Positions 1 through 11,970 of a stretch of 64,000 nucleotides of DNA are shown one piece after another. The stretch spans positions 54,028,244 to 54,092,243 of the forward strand of contig NC_068988.1 of assembly GCF_001194135.2 (NCBI RefSeq), in the 5' to 3' direction. The notes beneath the pieces were generated by a model that had not been told where the DNA came from, ran no database searches, and worked only from the letters and a program-made list of their open reading frames with translations. Position 1 is the stretch's first letter. Every line of letters starts with the position of its first letter. This stretch comes from Octopus bimaculoides (lineage: Eukaryota). A program made the translations under genes and the position numbers.

Positions 1-100
1 ACACACGCACACACACACACACACACACTGATACACACACAAACACACACTCACGCACGCATGCACGCACACACACACACACACACACACATATACATGA

Positions 101-259
101 CAGGCTTCTTTCAGTTTCTGTCAACCAAATCCACTCACAAGGCTTCGGTCAGCCTGAGGTTATAGCAGTAGACACTTGCTCAAGGTGCTACACAGTGGGA
201 CTGAACCCAGAAGTTTGTGATTGGGAAGCAAGCTTCTTACCACACAGCCATGCCTGTAT
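101..259 (-). mobile_element. tRNA-derived SINE family A, 5' half (tRNA head plus CORE-like segment)
   Basis: Reverse complement matches the head seen at 14896: A-box-like TGGCTGTGTGG, B-box-like GGTTCAGTCCC, CORE-like CCTTGRGCAAGTGTCT; abuts (CA)n. Confidence 0.85.
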
Positions 260-446
260 GCAAAAAAATATTTTCTCGCCACATTTATTTTTTTGAATGG
301 TTGGTTGGCAAGGAAAAAAACTGTGCATATAGTGTTCTTAGGACCTCCATGACAAACCTGATTCTCTTGAGCAGATATAAGGTGACAGTAGCATGGAACA
401 TTTGGGCAAAGCAGGTTGACATTCTGGGGATGAAGAAGTGGATATT

Positions 447-625
447 GTGATTAGTGTAGGGCCATGTGAAAACATGTGGCCTAGTGGTTAGGGCATAGGG
501 TTTATAAGCATAATGCAGTAGGTTCAATTTCTGATCTGGGTGATGAGTTCTGTCCCTATACAAAACCTTTCATTGTTCATTGTTCCAGTGATCTCAGCTG
601 AAATGAGTTCCAGCTATTTTTGTTC
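447..625 (+). mobile_element. Degenerate SINE 5' portion (family B-like head)
   Basis: TGGCCTAGTGGTTAGGG A-box-like and GGTTCAATT B-box-like motifs; partial similarity to 737-1060. Confidence 0.55.
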
Positions 626-664
626 ATCTAATGCCCATTTAATAACACCACCACCACCGCCACC

Positions 665-724
<60 letters not shown>

Positions 725-736
725 AACAATAATAAT

Positions 737-1060
737 GTGAAGGTGTGTGGCTTAGTGGTTAGAGCATTCAGCTCATGATCATAAGGATGTGATTTCAATT
801 CCTGGTGATGCATTGTGTCCTTGAGCAAGACACTTCATTTCATGTTGCTCCAGTCCACTTAGCTGGCAAAAATGAGTAGCACCTGTATTTCAAGGGGTCA
901 GCCTTGTCACATCCTGTGTCACACTGAATCTCCCTGAGAACTACGTTAAAGGTATGTGTGTCTGTGGAGTGCTCAGCCACTTGCATGTTAATTTCATGAG
1001 CAAGCTGTTCCATTGATCATATCAGCTGAGACCCTCATCGTCATAACCGATGGAGTGCTC
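737..1060 (+). mobile_element. tRNA-derived SINE family B, near full length
   Basis: TGGCTTAGTGGTTAG head, TTGTGTCCTTGAGCAAGACACTT CORE-like block; body shared with 6855-7176, 11971-12180 and 50470-50745. Confidence 0.85.
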
Positions 1061-1062
1061 CT

Positions 1063-1063
<1 letters not shown>

Positions 1064-1152
<89 letters not shown>
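1064..1152. repeat. (TAA)n microsatellite
   Basis: Perfect TAA run. Confidence 0.95.
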
Positions 1153-1477
1153 TACCCTGATGCAGTACCAGGCAGTGACTCTCTCATGGCTTCTCATCTC
1201 AACTGATTGGAAGTGTTATCATGTACATTGTTTTGTCTTGGTATAAAAGATGGGCTACAGCAAATATTCTGCTCAATGCCAGAGATTTGCTTGTCAGTTG
1301 TTTGACCTTAACCAGTTGAGCATGTCTCATAGTGGCTGACAATATGTGCAGCTCTGATTAGAGCTGAAGTAAGGGGAGCTTCATAGCCATGTGTTGAGAG
1401 GAATTCTTTGAGGTTTAGATAGTTTACCTTTGGAAACATGTGTCAGTGTCACCTTAAAAACATCCAGCACACACTGT

Positions 1478-1644
1478 GAAATGGTTGGTATTAGGGAGGG
1501 AATCCCGCTGTAGAAATCTAGCTAAATCAAACTGGTACCTGGTGCAGCTCTCTGGTTTGTCAGCTCTGATCAAATCGTCCAACCCATGCCAGCATGGAAA
1601 ACAGATGTTAAAAAATGATGGTGATGATGATGATGATGATGATA
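1478..1644 (+). mobile_element. 5'-truncated RTE LINE 3' tail ending in (GAT)n
   Basis: GGTTGGTATTAGGGAGGG...CCAACCCATGCCAGCATGGAAA...(GAT)n, same tail as the RT-linked copy at 41208-42076. Confidence 0.8.
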
Positions 1645-2384
1645 TATATACAGGGTTGTCAAAAAAATTCGATTTTTCTTTCCATTTATTTTAATCCTTT
1701 CTAATGTTATTTGAATTAATGCACAAAATATTTTTATTGTAGTATTTTATGGTTTTTCTTGTAGCTATATTCTTCCTCTGCAACTTTTGTTTGTTTTTGA
1801 AGTTTGAATAAATTTTACCACTTTCCAGACATATGAATGAGAGCCAAGTAGTAAAAAAAATTTTCGACCCGATGACCCAACATATGTATATATGTACATA
1901 CACATATATATATATATATCTTTGAATTATTTTACTAAACATCTCTAAATTCTTGACTATTTGGAAAATCAATTTTAACATTCAGTGACTAAATTATTAT
2001 TAGAATTAATGTCAAGAAAAGTTTAATGATGGTAGTTCTAATTTGGGTAGAGTGTCTAATTAGAATATAGGTCCAATTAGAGTGGTAGGCCTAATTGAAA
2101 TTGTAGGACTTATTGAGGGTGGGTAGGTCTCTATAGGATGGTACACCTTACTCAGATTGTTATTGTTGTTTAACCCCAGGATAGCTCTAATTAAGCAGAC
2201 CTTTGATGAAAAATTTCCAGCAGTGTCCATTCTATATTTGTTTCCTATATTCATGGAGTCTAGAACTCTATTATTCTGCTTGTCCTTTTCTATGATGCGA
2301 GAGGATCAATTTGGTTGCAATCCGTAGGCGGCTGAGTGATTACATAGAGCAGTCTGAACTGAATTATTATGAACAGATACACCA

Positions 2385-2570
2385 TTCCAGCCAGGGAAGT
2401 TCGACTGGAGCCATGCTGGGTCCCAACCATGAAGAATTTTAGCTGAATGAATTAATTTAGCACTTTATGTTTAAACCTGGTCTCTTTTGCCAGACTGCTA
2501 AATTATGGGAATGTAAATGCACCAGCATTGGTTGCCAAGTGGTGGTAGGAGACAAACACAGACACAAAGA
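2385..2570 (-). mobile_element. SINE family A 3' tail
   Basis: Reverse complement of the TTTGTGTCTGTGTTTGTC...AAAAGAGAC tail seen at 15120-15330. Confidence 0.7.
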
Positions 2571-2636
2571 TATACCCCACTACACACACACACACACACA
2601 CATTTATATATCTATCTATCTATATATATATATATA

Positions 2637-3335
2637 CTAGCTGAGGTATCTGGTAATAAATTACCGTTAATATTATGTCTTTATAGCCATGAAACATTTT
2701 TCATCAAATTTCGACATTTTTCAAAAATTTAAAATCTATAATCTATATTAATGGGTAGGACCAATTTGACGATAAAATGAGCAGCATCTGGTAGTGAACC
2801 CTTGTCATCGTCATTTTTGTGCATGTGCGTAAAATGTCGAAATTTTACGCTTTAGTCAAATTTACGATTTCGTCAAATTTACGATTTCGTCAAATTGATG
2901 TCACAATGGCTAGTGTGCAAAATGCCTAAATTTTGCTTTTGAAATAAAATGCTCTTACCTGAAACACTGCAGAATTAAAACAATGAATTGAAATAATAAA
3001 TTTTAGCAAATCAAAACAATTTGCATTGAAATGCAGAATTACCAAATGCTAAATAGATTATTGTTAATAAGCTGTCTGTTTATATACATGAAACATTTTT
3101 CGTCAAATTTCAGCATTTTTTGTCAAATTGATGTCACGGTAGCTAGTGCGGAAAATGCCCAAATTTTATGATTTTTGAAAAATCAAGGATGATTAAAAAT
3201 CGATATTTTAAAAAATTCCAAGTGTGCAGGTAACTGCATGGGCATAAGTCCCACACACGTGTCAAGTTTCACCAAGGTCTGTTGGATAGCCTTGGAGGAA
3301 TTAAAGTAACAAATTCACAAACACACAAACTTGCC

Positions 3336-3380
<45 letters not shown>
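2637..3380 (-). mobile_element. Non-autonomous Helitron
   Basis: On - strand ends GGTAAT-TT-ATTACC hairpin (2652-2665) then CTAG (2637-2640) followed by T; internal 17-bp tandem GTCAAATTTACGATTTC; 5' end merges into (ATT)n. Confidence 0.65.
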
Positions 3381-3385
<5 letters not shown>

Positions 3386-3386
<1 letters not shown>

Positions 3387-4388
3387 CTATATCTATACTA
3401 TATATAAAACAGAGATGTGTGTGTAATCGCTTTTCCCGTGAAATCNNNNNNNNNNNNNNNNNNNNNNNNNNNNNNNNNNNNNNNNNNNNNNNNNNNNNNN
3501 NNNNNNNNNNNNNNNNNNNNNNNNNNNNNNNNNNNNNNNNNNNNNNNNNNNNNNNNNNNNNNNNNNNNNNNNNNNNNNNNNNNNNNNNNNNNNNNNNNNN
3601 NNNNNNNNNNNNNNNNNNNNNNNNNNNNNNNNNNNNNNNNNNNNNNNNNNNNNNNNNNNNNNNNNNNNNNNNNNNNNNNNNNNNNNNNNNNNNNNNNNNN
3701 NNNNNNNNNNNNNNNNNNNNNNNNNNNNNNNNNNNNNNNNNNNNNNNNNNNNNNNNNNNNNNNNNNNNNCACACGCGCACACACACACCCCTTCACTCAC
3801 TCACACTCTGTCTCTTACAAACACACACATACATAAATGTATACAAGCATATTTACAAAGACACACGTGTGTATGCACGCGCATGCGTGTTTGTAAGAGA
3901 CAGAGTGTGAGTGAGTCAAGGGCTGTGTTGTCATATGCATACATCCAAAGATGTATGTATATTTATGCATGTATGTATACATGACAACAAACCTCTCTCT
4001 TTCACTCACACTCTGTCTCTTACAAACACACACATACATAAATGTATACAAACATATTTACAAAGACACACGTGTGTATGCGCGCGTGCGTGCGTGTGGG
4101 GGTGGTTCCACAATCGACATTTATTTCAATTACTCTTGTGAGGATATTCACGTAAATCATTTCTTTCATTTAATCCACATTTTAATTTTCGTAAAAGTTT
4201 TCAAGTACCAATGAGGATTTTTGGCACATCTTCAATTTTCCCCATTCATGAGAGGCGCCCAGCCATCATTCATCTGAGAGTCCATCTACAGAATGTCCTC
4301 AAATTTCTATACAGCATATTTTGCCTTTTTTTCTTCAAGTATATAAGCAACAATTTCATTCCCGAGCAATGCCGGGTGCCTCTGCTAG
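3386..4388 (+). mobile_element. Non-autonomous Helitron (spans an N gap)
   Basis: 5' TC in TCTATATCTATACTATATATAAAA; 3' CCCG-AGCAATGC-CGGG hairpin (4361-4376) then CTAG|T (4385-4388); internal 79-bp direct repeat 3798-3876 / 4003-4081 with one mismatch. Confidence 0.7.
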
Positions 4389-4394
4389 TATATA

Positions 4395-4930
4395 TATAAA
4401 ACTATGGCCTATGCCAGTGGAGCATAACTGGCCCATTTAAGAGTACCCTTCAATCATTGGGCAATAAACTGCGCTTGCAAAGACCTGTTGGGTCAAGTGA
4501 AGTAATTGTTGTGGCTGATGACAGTACCGCCTGATTGGCACCCATGCTGGTGGCACGTAAAAAGCACCATTCGAGCTTGGTTGGTGCTAGTGCCGCTTGA
4601 CTGGTCCTGTGTCAGTGGAATGTAGAAAGTACCATTTGAGCATGGTCATTGCCAGTGCTGCCTCACTGGCTCCTGTGTTGGTGGCACGTAAAATGCATCA
4701 TTCAAGCGTGTTCGATCCCAGTGCTGGCTGACTGGTCTCATGCGGGTGTCATGTAAAAAGCATCCTCTACACTCTCGGAGTGGCTGGTGTTAGGAAGGGC
4801 ATCCAGCTGTAGAAACTTTGTCAGATCAGATTGGAACCTGGTGCAGCCTTCTGGCTTGCCAGTCCTCAGTCAAACCGTCCAACCCATGCCAGTATGGAAA
4901 GCGGACATTAAATGATGACGACGATGATGA
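4395..4930 (+). mobile_element. RTE LINE 3' UTR with about 65-bp tandem units and (GAT)n tail
   Basis: Repeated GGTGGCACGTAAAAAGCACC-like units near 4549, 4615, 4681 and 4746, then GGTGTTAGGAAGGGCATCCAGCTGTAGAAAC tail. Confidence 0.85.
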
Positions 4931-5078
4931 TAATTAAGAGCATAGAAAAAATTTTTTGGAGCCTATATGCTGAAGATAGACACTAAATCATCTCACTACT
5001 TTAAAAAAAGTGGTGAGATGATTTAGTGTCTATCTTCAGCATATAGGCTTCAAAGATTATTTTCTATGCCCTTAATTA
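4931..5078. repeat. Fold-back palindrome (MITE-like)
   Basis: Perfect 36-bp arms 4961-4996 / 5013-5048; outer arms TAATTAAGAGCATAGAAAA / TTTTCTATGCCCTTAATTA. Confidence 0.9.
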
Positions 5079-5190
5079 TATAATTATATATGTGATTTCA
5101 CCATAAGTCTATTTTTATATACTCGCCACTGATAAGATTAAAAACAAATTTTTATCCTTTATTATATATATATATATATATATATATATT

Positions 5191-5340
5191 GGGCTTCTTT
5201 CAGTTTCTGCCTTTCAAATTCACTAACAAGACTTTGATTGGCCCAAGGCTATAGTAGAATAAACTTGCCCAGGATACAATGCAGTGGACTGAACCCAGAA
5301 CCATATGATTGGGAAGCAAATTTCTTACCACACAGCCATG
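5191..5340 (-). mobile_element. SINE family A 5' half
   Basis: Matches head consensus in reverse; abuts (TA)n. Confidence 0.85.
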
Positions 5341-5664
5341 TTCCTATCTACAATTCACCATTGTGGTCGATTGGAGCTCTGTACTGAAAGTACAATTCTA
5401 TGCTTAACCATTATAGCTCATCAGGGGAACACTCTATTGCATTATGTTACAGAGATCTGTGATATAAATTGATATAAATTTGTGTTTACCACATTTTACC
5501 CTATATTTGTTCTGTAAATCATAACCAGTAATACTACGATGTACAGTAGTAGCCAAAACTGCAATAGAAGCAGACTGGATGATGATAATCTATGTAGAAC
5601 TCTAAACACAACAGTAGCAGTTGTACATCTATTTGTATATGCAAAATATATATGCATATATTAT

Positions 5665-5775
5665 TAAGTTTGACTCAGCTCCATATGACTTAAAGCTCCT
5701 AGTATCTGATGAGATGGATGTGTCCTACACGCCTATGAAACTTTAAGTCATGTGGAGCTGAGTCAAGCAGTTATT
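5665..5775. mobile_element. Internally deleted copy of the 35863-36030 palindromic element
   Basis: TTGACTCAGCTCCATATGACTTAAAG ... CTTTAAGTCATGTGGAGCTGAGTCAA inverted ends; left arm truncated relative to 35863. Confidence 0.8.
5702..5753 (+). ncRNA. Minimal type I hammerhead ribozyme-like motif
   Basis: GTAT-CTGATGA-G-[ATGGATGTGT CCT ACACGCCTAT stem II]-GAAA-CTTTAAG-TC-ATGT; canonical core and GUC cleavage triplet; stem I weak (2 WC plus 2 G-U). Confidence 0.6.
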
Positions 5776-5947
5776 AAAAAAATATATGTAACTCCTACCA
5801 AATGTGTAGAATGCTACTTTCTTTCATTCATTCACTCAATCAGATTATATGTATGTTAAGGATAGGTCAGCTCTCTGAATTTTTAATATATTATTTGTTA
5901 TTCATTGATGACCAAGGTCACAAACATTGTGTGTGTATATGTGTGTG

Positions 5948-6032
<85 letters not shown>

Positions 6033-6179
6033 GTGTGTTTTTGTGTGAATAAATTGGAGGAAGATTCTTAATATATATGTGTACATATATGTGCACATGC
6101 ATATATATTCATGTGTATATACATATGTGTGTGTGTACATATATATATGTACGTATGTATGAATATATATATGTATATA

Positions 6180-6411
6180 TTATTTCTTTACTACCCACAA
6201 GGGGCTACACACAGAGGGGACAAACAAGGACAGACAAACGCATTAAGTCGATTACATCGACACCAGTGCATAACTGGTACTTATTTAATCGACCCCGAAA
6301 GGATGAAAGGCAAAGTCGACCTCGGCGGAATTTGAACTCAGAACGTAACGGCAGACGAAATACCGCTAAGCATTTCGCCCGGCGTGCTAACGTTTCTGCC
6401 AGCTCGCCGCC
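6180..6411 (-). mobile_element. tRNA-derived SINE family C, full length and apparently young
   Basis: GGCGGCGAGCTGGCAG head, GAGTTCAAATTCC B-box-like motif, GCCTTTCATCCTTTCGGGGTCGAT..AAGTACCAG central domain reminiscent of the MetaSINE domain; many CpGs intact. Confidence 0.85.
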
Positions 6412-6751
6412 ATATATATGTATATATGTGTGTGTGTGCGTGCATATATATATGTATACACAAATATAAGCACACATATACACTCATGCACATACAAAAT
6501 GTATGTATGATGTACATGTATGTAAATTTGTGTGTATATACATATTTGCGTGTTTATGTATACACCAGTAGGTGTGTTAAGGTCAACTGACACTACAATG
6601 GTTTTATCTATTTACAGAATCTTCACTATTAAGGTTTTAATGATGAAGTGTAAGGTTTCTTTCTTCTACATGTAGTTTATGAGTAGGTGTATATCTGCCA
6701 AGTTGCACATGTGTGCAATGTATGTGTATATGTGTGTGTGTATGATATATG

Positions 6752-6803
<52 letters not shown>

Positions 6804-6854
6804 CATATATATATGTATATATGTTTTCTCGTGTGCCTGTGTGTATAAATTGGT

Positions 6855-7174
6855 ACTCTGTTGGTTATGACGATAAACATTCCAGTTGATCCAATCAACA
6901 GAGCAGCCTGCTCATGAAATTAATGTGCAAGAGGCTGAGTACTCCACAAACACATGCATCTTCAATGTAGTTCTTAGGAAGATCCAGGAGTGTGACACAG
7001 AATGTGACAAGGCTTGCTCTTTGAATTACAGGTACAACTCGTTTTGGCAATCTTAGTGGACTTGTGCAATGTGAAATAAAGTGTCTTGCTCAAGGAAACT
7101 ATGCACCACTGGGAATTGAACTCACAACCTTCCAACCGTGAGATGAATACCCTAACTACTAAGCCACTGAGCCA

Positions 7175-7176
<2 letters not shown>
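6855..7176 (-). mobile_element. SINE family B
   Basis: Reverse-strand similarity to 737-1060. Confidence 0.75.
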
Positions 7177-7207
<31 letters not shown>

Positions 7208-7411
7208 NNNNNNNNNNNNNNNNNNNNNNNNNNNNNNNNNNNNNNNNNNNNNNNNNNNNNNNNNNNNNNNNNNNNNNNNNNNNNNNNNNNNNNNNNNNNN
7301 NNNNNNNNNNNNNNNNNNNNNNNNNNNNNNNNNNNNNNNNNNNNNNNNNNNNNNNNNNNNNNNNNNNNNNNNNNNNNNNNNNNNNNNNNNNNNNNNNNNN
7401 NNNNNNNNNNT

Positions 7412-7575
7412 ATGTCATCATCATGATCGTCGTCGTTTAACGTCTGCTTTCCATGCTAGCATGGGTTGGACGATTTGACTGAGGTCTGGTGAACCAGATG
7501 GCTACACCAGGCTCCAATCTGATTTGGCAGAGTTTCTACAGCTGGATGCCCTTCCTAACGCCAATCACTCCGAGA
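7412..7575 (-). mobile_element. RTE LINE 3' tail
   Basis: (CAT)n CGTTTAACGTC...GCTGGATGCCCTTCCTAACGCCAA. Confidence 0.85.
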
Positions 7576-7591
7576 GAGAGTGTGTGTGTGT

Positions 7592-7625
<34 letters not shown>

Positions 7626-7879
7626 CTGTCTGTCTGACAATGTGTCTGTCTATCTGTCAGTGTGTGTGTGTGTAAATGTGTTTATGTATGAGCCTCTATC
7701 AGTGCTGGTTTGTATGAGCATGTATCAGTGTTTATCTGTTGATGTTTGAATGCATGTTTGTCTGCATAGATTTCTTTTTTTACCTTTATGAATTTCTGTG
7801 CATTGGAAAGTGTAAAAAACAGTTTTCTATATGTGTGTGTGTGGAGAGAGAGAGAGAGAGAGAGAGAGANNNNNNNNNN

Positions 7880-7920
<41 letters not shown>

Positions 7921-8761
7921 GAGAGAGAGGAGAGAGAGGAAGTGTTATACATCTGTTTTGTTTTTTCTTGCATCTATATATGAATGCATGAGAGGTAGTT
8001 TTTATGAATAAGTAGATATATAGTTAGGTTGACAATATATACATAGATATATTGATAAATAAACAGATTGACTTAAATATCTAAATGTGTGAAATAAGTT
8101 ATTCTAAATAAGATTGTAATTTTTTCAAACTATTAACTTCATATTGGCAATAACAGATTCTTAAAAAAAATTTACTTAATATTTAATAAGATATTTTGAT
8201 ATTTTTAATAATGTTTCTATTATTAGTTATGGATATCTATTCATAAGCCAAATAACTTAAACCTTTCCCTTTCTTAAGGAACAAATGGAAAACAATAACT
8301 GTTTCATTTGTTCAGTTGGTTAAACTACCAGGCTCATTCATGTAGCACGCAAATGACTGAGTATTCCTCATACATGTGTACCTTTAATGTAATTCTTAGT
8401 GAGAATCAGCATTATAGTTTCTCTAACAAAACTAGCTCTTAGAATTATAAATACAGTCCATTCATAGGGCTTCCAAATAATTTCTGTCTCCCCTGTTTCA
8501 TGTTCATGGCTTGGGCCCTCCCAAGGTTATGCTAAAAGACATTTGTTGAAGATGCCACACAGTGGTATCAAACCCAAGACCTTATGATTTGCCCATGCCT
8601 GCATCTGTAATATCCTTAGTCTTTCAATTCTTTATACTTTTAATTTAGAGATAGATGCTACTATTTTGAAACCCTGCCTGGTACACAACCAGATATGATA
8701 CCTTTCTTTTTGTTTCTATTTTAGCCAGAGGGAATGGCCATGGTGTATTACAGGGTCACTG

Positions 8762-8808
<47 letters not shown>

Positions 8809-8887
8809 AGGTACCCTTGAACCCCAAACCTAGCTTGAGTGCTTGTAAGAGAGTAGATTCCACTAAAGGCACCAAGGTGCCTGATGC

Positions 8888-8924
<37 letters not shown>

Positions 8925-8949
8925 TGCAGGAGTGGCTGTGTGGTAAGTA

Positions 8950-9080
8950 CTCTTTCTGGAGATATGGCAAGGAGCTAGATCCTGCTGCCACACACATAGC
9001 CTTCCAGCAGTAACCCTTTCCAGCCAATGTTTGAGCACAATCTCCAGCAGCTTGACAGTGCCTGGCAAGGCCAGGGGCCA
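8950..9080 (-). pseudogene. DD37D (maT-like) transposase fragment
   Basis: LLEIVLKHWLERVTAGRLCVWQQDLAPCH resembles the QQDSAPAH second-D region of DD37D transposases. Confidence 0.7.
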
Positions 9081-9289
9081 CACCCGATTCCGTAATTTGT
9101 TTTGGCTTGGTTTCTACAGCTGGATGCACTTCCTAATACCAACAATTCCAGAGTGTACTGAGTGCTTTTTACTTGACAGCATCACTATCTTTTTTTTATG
9201 TGGCACCACCACCCACACCAATGCTTTTTACAACCACCCATACCAAATGCATATACATATGTATGTCCATATGAGCACATGCATAGAGG

Positions 9290-9955
9290 ACATTGCAAAC
9301 GTGAATCTTATTACATGCAGACTTTCATGAATGGTACTGAAGTACTTAGTCATATAGCCTGGTGTTTCAATATAATTTCTACCAATACAATTGAAAGAAA
9401 CTTAAAACTATAGTCTGGATGGAGTAACTGCAGATTTCTCCTCAGTTCGGCACAGATATCTTATTTCTCATTAATCTTTAACATTATATTGACATCTGCA
9501 GGGCAATTGATTTCAACTACTATGCATAGTTACTTTTTTCTGTCCTATCTCATCATGTCTGGTCTGTTGTGCTTGCATTTTATTGAAGTCTCAAAAGGGA
9601 CACATTCCCAATGTTCTTTCAGTTTATGGGTGATTATGCCCTCCACATCATTGTTGAATCTTATATTTGTCTCCTCAGAATTACTCTTCTTGCAGATCTC
9701 ACAATATAATGTTTTAGCCACAACATCATGTCTCAAAGATAGATAATACCATGAGACCATTTTCAGACTGCTTAGTTATGATGTGTGTGACATCCTGAAT
9801 GTTAATTCTGCTGAGCAATGCATGTATGTATCTTTCTGCATGTATGCGTGATTTTTCTTTGAGTTTTATTTCAGTTCTTCTTGAGAGAGTTCAAGCCAGT
9901 TGCTAACAAAGCAACAAGATTTTTTGAATTAAGAGAGTTCCTGGTGTTTGTGGTT
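9290..9955 (-). mobile_element. Decayed RLE-type non-LTR retrotransposon, C-terminal region (R4/Dong/NeSL-like)
   Basis: QDVTHII..., YYLSLRHDVVAK, CKHNRPD, VVEINCPADVNI..KINEK across frameshifts match the CCHC knuckle plus PD-(D/E)xK endonuclease pattern. Confidence 0.75.
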
Positions 9956-10088
9956 GAGTTAGTGTGTGTGTATGTATGTATGTATGTATGTATGTATGTA
10001 TGTATGCATGCATACATATATGTATGTATGCATGCATGTATGTATGCATGCATGCATGTATGTATATATCTATCTATCTATCTATCTA

Positions 10089-10151
<63 letters not shown>

Positions 10152-10239
10152 CACACACACACATGCACACAAGCGCATACGCACACGCACATGCACATGC
10201 ACACACACACACACATATATACACACACACAACAAGCTT

Positions 10240-10376
10240 CCACACAGTTTCACTTACAAAGTATTAATCAGTTCAGGGCTAAGTAGAAGACGCTTGCCCA
10301 AGGTGCTTCTCAGTGGAATGGAACCCAGAACCACATGATTGCAAAGTGAGCTTCTTGAGCATACAGCCATGCTTAT
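10240..10376 (-). mobile_element. SINE family A 5' half
   Basis: Reverse match to head consensus. Confidence 0.75.
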
Positions 10377-10464
10377 GTGCATATGATACTGATATATAAT
10401 CACAAAAGTGCTCCACGAATACTTATCAATAGGTTAGAATGCTCAGAGCAATGACAAAATATAA

Positions 10465-10836
10465 ATAGGTGTGGCTGTGTGGTAAGAGGTTTGCTTCCCA
10501 ACCTCATGGTTCTGGGTTCAGTCCCACTGCATGGTACCTCAGGCAAGTGTCTTCTACTATAGCCTCAGGCCAACCAAAGCCTTGTGAGTGGATTTGATAG
10601 ACGGAAACTGTATATATCTCTATGTGTGTGTGTCCTTGTGTCTGTGTTTGTCTCCTCCAACACTGCTTGACAACAGGTGTGTTTACATTCCTGTAACTTG
10701 ATGGTTCAGTATAAGAGACTGATAAAATAAGTACTAGGCTTAATAAAATAAGTTCTGGGGTCGATTTATTCACCTAAAACCCCGCAAGGCAGTGCTCCAG
10801 CATGACCACAGTCAAATGACTGAAGCAAGTAAAAGA
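10465..10836 (+). mobile_element. SINE family A, full head-microsatellite-tail architecture
   Basis: Head, short (TA)/(TG) spacer, tail ending ATGACTGAAGCAAGTAAAAGA. Confidence 0.85.
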
Positions 10837-10844
10837 TATCAACT

Positions 10845-11485
10845 GTACTGAAGACATATTAGAAGTAACTTGAAAACTTTTGGTACCTGGGTGATCTAAT
10901 TAGCATCAGAGGTGAATGATCTGAATGCATAGTAGTGACAGCAAGAAGTGGGAGGGAAAATGTAGGATGCTGTTGCAGCTACCGACAACAAAGGGATTGT
11001 TTTGGGAATGAAGAGATTATTTGATATTTGTGTATGAGGAACAATGTCCCTTGGCAGCAAAATATGGGCCTTAAACGAGGAGGATGCATAGAGGCTAGAA
11101 ACAAATGCGATGAGTGTGCTGCTCTGTTGGATGTGTAATATTAAGTATATATGAATAATAAAATATGATCTGAGAGAAAAACTTGTAGAGAGACGAGAAG
11201 AGACAGCACTGATATGGAAATGTGATGTGTATGAAGGATGACAGCAGAGCAAAGAATTGCCAAGTTATCTCAGTGGATGGAACATACAGAAGAGGAAAAC
11301 CAAGAAGAGGAGGAAGACATGAACAGAAGTAGCGAAATCTGATTCCAGGAGGTTAAACTTCACCAAGGAGATGACAAGTAACTGCAATAAATGGTGAAAA
11401 GCTTTGCTGGAGAAGAGCCATCCAACTTATGCAAGCATGGGGAAGCATACACGAAATGCTGATGTTGAGTATGATGGTGATGATC
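10845..11485 (+). mobile_element. Decayed RTE LINE 3' end (RT C-terminal region)
   Basis: FWYLGDLIS, GSKIWAL, LLCWMCN-like remnants with stops and frameshifts; ends CCAACTTATGCAAGCATGG...(GAT)n. Confidence 0.7.
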
Positions 11486-11613
11486 CTTTGTATGTGTGTG
11501 TGTGTGTAAAGATATAACATTTCCTATCTTCATTATTCAAGTTTCTTTCTAGTTAATTACTAATTCTTCAGAAATTTGACTACAAGTATTGAGTACTGTC
11601 GTTCTTACTGAAT

Positions 11614-11644
<31 letters not shown>

Positions 11645-11843
11645 GNNNNNNNNNNNNNNNNNNNNNNNNNNNNNNNNNNNNNNNNNNNNNNNNNNNNNNN
11701 NNNNNNNNNNNNNNNNNNNNNNNNNNNNNNNNNNNNNNNNNNNNNNNNNNNNNNNNNNNNNNNNNNNNNNNNNNNNNNNNNNNNNNNNNNNNNNNNNNNN
11801 NNNNNNNNNNNNNNNNNNNNNNNNNNNNNNNNNNNNNNNNNNN

Positions 11844-11876
<33 letters not shown>

Positions 11877-11970
11877 CACACACATACACACACACACACA
11901 CATACACATGCACATATACACATACACACACAGACTTACACACACACATGCAAATACAGACTTGCATACT

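Noticed and set aside
1153-1460. Repeat-like segment ending in a (TAA)n tail on - strand
   Set aside because: Probably a retroelement 3' end, but there is no second copy or diagnostic motif in the window to classify it
1651-1885. Possible Tc1/mariner MITE
   Set aside because: Left and right ends do not match each other convincingly
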